From a virus (lineage: Duplodnaviria; Heunggongvirae; Uroviricota; Caudoviricetes), in IMG/VR virus record IMGVR_UViG_2636415418_000006, positions 1-10,715 of that record: a stretch of 10,715 bases of DNA; one strand, written 5' to 3'. The notes beneath the pieces are model-generated. The model searched no databases. It worked only from the letters and a program-made list of their open reading frames with translations, and had not been told where the DNA came from. The first letter of the stretch is position 1. Every line of letters starts with the position of its first letter. The position numbers and the translations under genes were made by a program. Positions 7,384-10,715 of this stretch are shown here, piece by piece.

Positions 7384-7417
7384 AAAGCCATTCCCTACAG
7401 AGTGGCTTTGATAATGG
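7384..7417 (+). repeat. Hairpin AAAGCCA-(12 nt)-TGGCTTT followed by GATAATGG; copy 2 of the repeated stem-loop motif
   Basis: It has the same architecture and the same 3' flank (GGCTT(T)GATAATG) as the hairpin at 7027-7056. Confidence 0.4.
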
Positions 7418-7665
7418 CTTATACCCTACACGGGATAACTTAACTGATATCCCTTTTAAAGGATAAAGGTATTCAAGCCTGACACATCATGCGCTGTATC
7501 GTCGCCGTATTCCAGTATTAACAGAGACCGTAGCCCGACGGGGAACTCCTTCTGCGCGAGTGTGCGGGAATAATCAAAAACGATGCACACCGGGGTTACC
7601 GGGTACACATATTTCATCATGCCAGCGAGTCCGGTTCTGGCACGGAAGAAACCGGACGTTATGAT

Positions 7666-8076
7666 TTAGTGCGGAAATATTTGTGTAGTGTTCTGAATGT
7701 TCTCAGTAAAGAGTAATGAATTATCAAAGGTATAGTAATACCTTTTGTTTTCGTGGATATTTGTAATCCATCTGAAAACCCCTGCTGTAGCAAGATTTTT
7801 CCTGTATTCGTAAAATGATAACTCTCCTGATTTGAATCCTTTTAATGTGGCTTCTATAAGGCATTTATTTTTTGAAAATCTTACATTTACAACCTTACCC
7901 TGTCCTTTTATTAAAACCGTATTATCGTTTTCAAGAACAAGATGAATATTCTCTGTGGCTAAATAGTAAATGTAATGTGAGACATTGTGACGTTTTAGTT
8001 CAGAATAAAACCAGTGATAGTTTAAATTATTTCGCACTTTATCGAATATTTGTTTAAAAATGGCAACCTGAGCCAT
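7666..8076 (-). CDS. ybcV: DUF1398-family prophage protein (YbcV-like, 136 aa)
   Basis: [17 protein letters not shown]...[24 protein letters not shown] resembles DLP12 YbcV and the equivalent lambda right-end ORF as I recall them. A GGAAGG Shine-Dalgarno precedes ATG 8076. The gene is AT-rich. Confidence 0.7.
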   Translation of the reverse strand: MAQVAIFKQIFDKVRNNLNYHWFYSELKRHNVSHYIYYLATENIHLVLENDNTVLIKGQGKVVNVRFSKNKCLIEATLKGFKSGELSFYEYRKNLATAGVFRWITNIHENKRYYYTFDNSLLFTENIQNTTQIFPH

Positions 8077-8133
8077 TGTAGTACCTTCCATGTGATATGA
8101 GGGTACCTAGTCTGCACGATTATCTAAATTGCT

Positions 8134-8367
8134 TCAATCTGGTCTGACCTGCTTTCTGAGCAATTCAGTAATGTCACTCTTTTCTTTGTTTGCTTCAGGC
8201 GAAACTCTTTTTTCTGAGCACAGTCTTCGGCGGCAGGCTTCAATGACCCAGGCTGAGAAGTTCCCAGACCCTTTTTGATCAAGAGCGATGTTAATTTGTT
8301 CAATCATTTGGTTAGGAAAGCGGATGTTGCGGGTTGTTGTTCTGCGGGTTCTGTTCTTCGTTGACAT
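8134..8367 (-). CDS. ylcI: Small ribbon-helix-helix-like DNA-binding protein (YlcI/DUF3950-like, 77 aa)
   Basis: The N-terminus MSTKNRTRRTTTRNIRFPNQMIEQINIALDQKGSGNFSAWVIEACRRRL has an Arg-rich beta-strand followed by helices, as in RHH proteins. Its position just upstream of cos matches DLP12 and lambda. Confidence 0.65.
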   Translation of the reverse strand: MSTKNRTRRTTTRNIRFPNQMIEQINIALDQKGSGNFSAWVIEACRRRLCSEKRVSPEANKEKSDITELLRKQVRPD

Positions 8368-8544
8368 GAGGTTGTCCCGTATTCAGTGTCGCTGATTTGT
8401 ATTGTCTGAAGTTGTTTTTACGTTAAGTTGATGCAGATCAATTAATATGATACCTGCGTCATAATTGATTATTTGACGTGGTTTGATGGCGTAGATGCAC
8501 GTTGTGACATGCAGATGATAATTATTATCATTTTGCGGGTCCTT

Positions 8545-8755
8545 TCCGGCGATCCGACAGGTTACGGGGCGGCGACCTCGCGGGTTTTTGCTATTTATGA
8601 AAATTTTCCGGTTTAAGGTGTTTCCGTTCTTCTTCGTCGTAACTTAATGTTTTTATTTAAAATACCCCCTGAAAAGAAAGGAAACGACAGGTGCTGAAAA
8701 CGAGCTTTTGGGCCTTTGTCGTTTCCTTTCTCTGTTTTTGGCCGTGGAATGAACA
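8545..8755 (+). other. Complete lambda-type cos site: cosQ side, cosN (12-nt cohesive end GGGCGGCGACCT at 8567-8578) and cosB up to the Nu1 start
   Basis: GATCCGACAGGTTACG|GGGCGGCGACCTCGCGGGTTTT...GAAAGGAAACGACAGGTGCTGAAA... is almost base-for-base the joined right and left ends of phage lambda as I recall them. Confidence 0.85.
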
Positions 8756-8944
8756 ATGGAAGTCAACAAAAAGCAGCTGGCTGACATTTTCGGTGCGAGT
8801 ATCCGTACCATTCAGAACTGGCAGGAACAGGGAATGCCCGTTCTGCGAGGCGGTGGCAAGGGTAATGAGGTGCTTTATGACTCTGCCGCCGTCATAAAAT
8901 GGTATGCCGAAATCTGGCGGATCCGGCGCGTGAGTTCACCATGA
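8756..8944 (+). pseudogene. nohD: Terminase small subunit Nu1, N-terminal 52 codons only (DNA-binding region), then junction
   Basis: MEVNKKQLADIFGASIRTIQNWQEQGMPVLRGGGKGNEVLYDSAAVIKWYAE is identical to lambda Nu1 residues 1-52. Homology stops at 8911, and the frame then reads IWRIRRVSSP and a stop. Confidence 0.85.
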
Positions 8945-9009
8945 TTCAGTCAGCACCGCTGATGCTGCTGGCTGACCCTGATGAGTTCGTGTCCGTACAA
9001 CTGGCGTAA
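8912..9009 (+). pseudogene. Major capsid protein E, last ~30 codons only
   Basis: A different frame ending at TAA 9007-9009 encodes ...REFTMIQSAPLMLLADPDEFVSVQLA, which matches the lambda gpE C-terminus as I recall it. It is joined directly to Nu1 codon 52, which implies deletion of Nu1 3', A, W, B, C, Nu3, D and most of E. Confidence 0.6.
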
Positions 9010-9011
9010 TC

Positions 9012-9036
9012 ATGGCCCTTCGGGGCCATTGTTTCT
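9012..9036 (+). terminator. Stable hairpin ATGGCCC-TTCG-GGGCCAT followed by a U-rich tract, between the E stop and FI
   Basis: A 7-bp GC-rich stem with a UUCG tetraloop, read directly. It is followed by TGTTTCTCTGTGG. Confidence 0.45.
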
Positions 9037-9050
9037 CTGTGGAGGAGTCC

Positions 9051-9449
9051 ATGACGAAAGATGAACTGATTGCCCGTCTCCGCTCGCTGGGTGAACAACT
9101 GAACCGTGATGTCAGCCTGACGGGGACGAAAGAAGAACTGGCGCTCCGTGTGGCAGAGCTGGAAGAGGAGCTTGATGACACGGATGAAACTGCCGGTCAG
9201 GACACCCCTCTCAGCCGGGAAAATGTGCTGACCGGACATGAAAATGAGGTGGGATCAGCGCAGCCGGATACCGTGATTCTGGATACGTCTGAACTGGTCA
9301 CGGTCGTGGCACTGGTGAAGCTGCATACTGATGCACTTCACGCCACGCGGGATGAACCTGTGGCATTTGTGCTGCCGGGAACGGCGTTTCGTGTCTCTGC
9401 CGGTGTGGCAGCCGAAATGACAGAGCGCGGCCTGGCCAGAATGCAATAA
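9051..9449 (+). CDS. FI: Lambda DNA-packaging/head-assembly protein FI (132 aa)
   Basis: MTKDELIARLRSLGEQLNRDVSLTGTKEELALRVAELEEELDDTDETAGQ...MTERGLARMQ is near-identical to lambda gpFI as I recall it. A GGAGG Shine-Dalgarno lies at 9041-9045. Confidence 0.88.
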   Translation: MTKDELIARLRSLGEQLNRDVSLTGTKEELALRVAELEEELDDTDETAGQDTPLSRENVLTGHENEVGSAQPDTVILDTSELVTVVALVKLHTDALHATRDEPVAFVLPGTAFRVSAGVAAEMTERGLARMQ

Positions 9450-9460
9450 CGGGAGGCGCT

Positions 9461-9814
9461 GTGGCTGATTTCGATAACCTGTTCGATGCTGCCATTGCCT
9501 GCGCCGATGAAACGATACGCGGGTACATGGGAACGTCAGCCACCATGACATCCGGTGAGCAGTCCGGTGCTGTGATACGTGGTGTTTTTGATGACCCTGA
9601 AAATATCAGCTATGCCGGACAGGGCGTGCGCGTTGAAGGCTCCAGCCCGTCCCTGTTTGTCCGGACTGATGATGTGCGGCAGCTGCGGCGCGGCGACACG
9701 CTGACCATCGGTGAGGAAAACTTCTGGATAGACCGGATTTCGCCGGATGATGGCGGAAGCTGTCATCTCTGGCTTGGGCGGGGCGTACCGCCTGCCGTTA
9801 ACCGTCGCCGCTGA
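9461..9814 (+). CDS. FII: Lambda head-tail joining protein FII (117 aa), GTG start
   Basis: MADFDNLFDAAIACADETIRGYMGTSATMTSGEQSGAVIRGVF...GRGVPPAVNRRR is near-identical to lambda gpFII as I recall it. A GGGAGG Shine-Dalgarno lies at 9451-9456. Confidence 0.88.
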   Translation: MADFDNLFDAAIACADETIRGYMGTSATMTSGEQSGAVIRGVFDDPENISYAGQGVRVEGSSPSLFVRTDDVRQLRRGDTLTIGEENFWIDRISPDDGGSCHLWLGRGVPPAVNRRR

Positions 9815-10715
9815 AAGGGGGATGTATGGCCATAAAAGGTCTTGAGCAGGCCGTTGAAAACCTCAGCCGTATCAGCAGAACGGCGGTGCCCGGTGCCGCC
9901 GCAATGGCCATTATCCTCGGTGGTTTGTTCTCCTTGTCGCAGAGCGCCGTGTCCTCACCGGCTTCCGGGAAATCCACATCTTTTTTGATTTCGCCACGCC
10001 CGCCCACCATGGTGGCAAACTCCATTAATACCGGACCGGCGGGAAACAGAAGCGATGCGCCGGCGCTGACGAGATCCATAAAACCGGCATTGCTTTCCGT
10101 CAGGGTGATAACAGCGTTCCCCCAGGCCTTCGCCAGTGGTACTGCTTTTTCCGCTGCCGATTCAAGCAGGTCAGTGGCAATATCACCCCATGAGGGTTCC
10201 CCCTGTGGGATTTCAGGTATTGCTCCAGGTGGGGGAGGAGGGGGAAGGGTGACGGCGGCCCTTGCAGCGGGCTTTCCGTTAATGTTTACATTTTCAGAAC
10301 CGGTATTGATGGCGCCGTCCGTGTCACAAAAGCTGTTTATCCATGATTCAAGCTGGTTCTGTTTCTCCTCCACATAATCACTCGCCTTATAGCTGGCATA
10401 CATCAGCGCAGGCACCAGAACCAGCGCATAAGGGCCGGTGGCGCAGGCGGCCATAATCAGGCAACCTTCTGCGATGGTCACTATCGCCCCCAGCACGGCC
10501 CCTGCCAGTGCCCCCAGAAAACTTTTATGCTGAATTTCATCGCCCAGCCTGGCGGCAGGTGGGCCGGACTTCTTTGCTGCCAGCATCTGTGCAATGGCTT
10601 TGTCGTTGGCTGCCCGTTTCATCTGGCTGGCGACCATCGCCTGCTGTGACAGCATTCGCATTGCCAGCGTACCGCCTGCGGTCGCTCCCTGTGGCCCGCC
10701 TGGTCCTTCACTCAT
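9798..10715 (-). CDS. Hypothetical membrane protein with a prePAAR-like motif (AARLGDEIQH), a two-helix hydrophobic hairpin, a PAAR-like motif (NVNINGKPAAR) and a poly-proline linker; candidate T6SS-type effector N-terminal module whose 3' end runs into antisense lambda DNA
   Basis: The long minus-strand ORF is GC-rich with E. coli-like codon usage. Residues 51-60 fit AARxxDxxxH, residues about 66-108 are hydrophobic (FLGALAGAVLGAIVTIAEGCLIMAACATGPYALVLVPALMY), and residues about 141-149 are GSENVNINGKPAAR followed by PPPPPP. The last ~40 codons (position 9912 and below) are antisense to lambda Z and FII, so the native C-terminus is missing. The start may be an internal ATG (10584-10586, MLAAKKSGPPAAR...). 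Confidence 0.5.
   Translation of the reverse strand: MSEGPGGPQGATAGGTLAMRMLSQQAMVASQMKRAANDKAIAQMLAAKKSGPPAARLGDEIQHKSFLGALAGAVLGAIVTIAEGCLIMAACATGPYALVLVPALMYASYKASDYVEEKQNQLESWINSFCDTDGAINTGSENVNINGKPAARAAVTLPPPPPPGAIPEIPQGEPSWGDIATDLLESAAEKAVPLAKAWGNAVITLTESNAGFMDLVSAGASLLFPAGPVLMEFATMVGGRGEIKKDVDFPEAGEDTALCDKENKPPRIMAIAAAPGTAVLLIRLRFSTACSRPFMAIHPPFSGDG
9826..9912 (+). pseudogene. Tail protein Z, first 29 codons only
   Basis: MAIKGLEQAVENLSRISRTAVPGAAAMAI matches the lambda gpZ N-terminus, after which the frame diverges into sequence that is antisense to the minus-strand gene. The remaining ~150 aa of the ORF-track entry 9826..10377 are not Z. Confidence 0.75.

Noticed and set aside
7459-7620. 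Minus-strand 54-codon ORF (MMKYVYPVTPVCIVF...) downstream of the ybcV-like gene
   Set aside because: It has no convincing Shine-Dalgarno. The corresponding region of phage lambda (as I recall it) is similar DNA but does not keep the reading frame, which suggests conserved non-coding sequence rather than a gene.
7872-8057. Plus-strand 61-aa ORF inside the ybcV-like gene
   Set aside because: It is antisense to the DUF1398 gene. K-12 has ybcW near here on the plus strand, but this frame overlaps ybcV completely and shows no similarity I can recognise.
8691-8897. Plus-strand ORF of 68 aa spanning cosB and the Nu1 start in another frame
   Set aside because: It overlaps the lambda-identical cosB sites and runs out of frame through the Nu1 N-terminus. 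It is an artefact of the open frame.
8936-9766. Minus-strand ORFs 8936..9181, 8946..9239, 9255..9551, 9298..9546 and 9536..9766
   Set aside because: All are antisense to the E fragment, FI or FII, which are near-identical to lambda proteins. They are GC-rich shadow frames.
9913-10377. Remainder of plus-strand ORF 9826..10377 after the first 29 Z codons
   Set aside because: Homology to lambda Z ends at codon 29. The rest is antisense to the more coherent minus-strand prePAAR-like gene and translates to low-complexity Ser/Ala/Pro-rich sequence.
1-10715. CRISPR array, IS element or transposase, and a direct repeat of the argU 3' end (attR)
   Set aside because: No regularly spaced direct repeats and no transposase-like ORFs or terminal inverted repeats were found. 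Only a 9-nt chance match to the tRNA 3' end occurs (near 5386), so the second att site is presumably outside the window or deleted.

Overview
This window is the left arm of a heavily decayed lambda/DLP12-like prophage inserted at tRNA-Arg(UCU) (argU), directly beside the chromosomal fimbrial regulator fimZ. All protein and phage identifications are from my own recall of E. coli K-12 and phage lambda sequences; nothing was searched. Lambda gene order is preserved (int, exo, nin region, rusA, Q, porin moron, lysis genes, morons, cos, Nu1, head genes), but at least six internal deletion junctions have left only fragments of int, exo, a methyltransferase-like gene, ninF/ybcO, holin, Nu1, E and Z. 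The endolysin is deleted outright. Genes that look intact are ninE, a 115-aa nin-region ORF, rusA, ylcG, quuD, the nmpC porin, Rz with embedded Rz1, a ybcV-like and a ylcI-like gene, FI and FII, and a complete cos site is retained. Two items deserve most attention. One is a T5orf172 (GIY-YIG-like) domain gene sitting in the moron slot between the lysis cassette and cos. The other is a GC-rich minus-strand gene at the right edge with a prePAAR-like motif (AARLGDEIQH), a two-helix hydrophobic hairpin and a PAAR-like motif (NINGKPAAR); it abuts the truncated Z gene and its last ~40 codons read into antisense lambda DNA.
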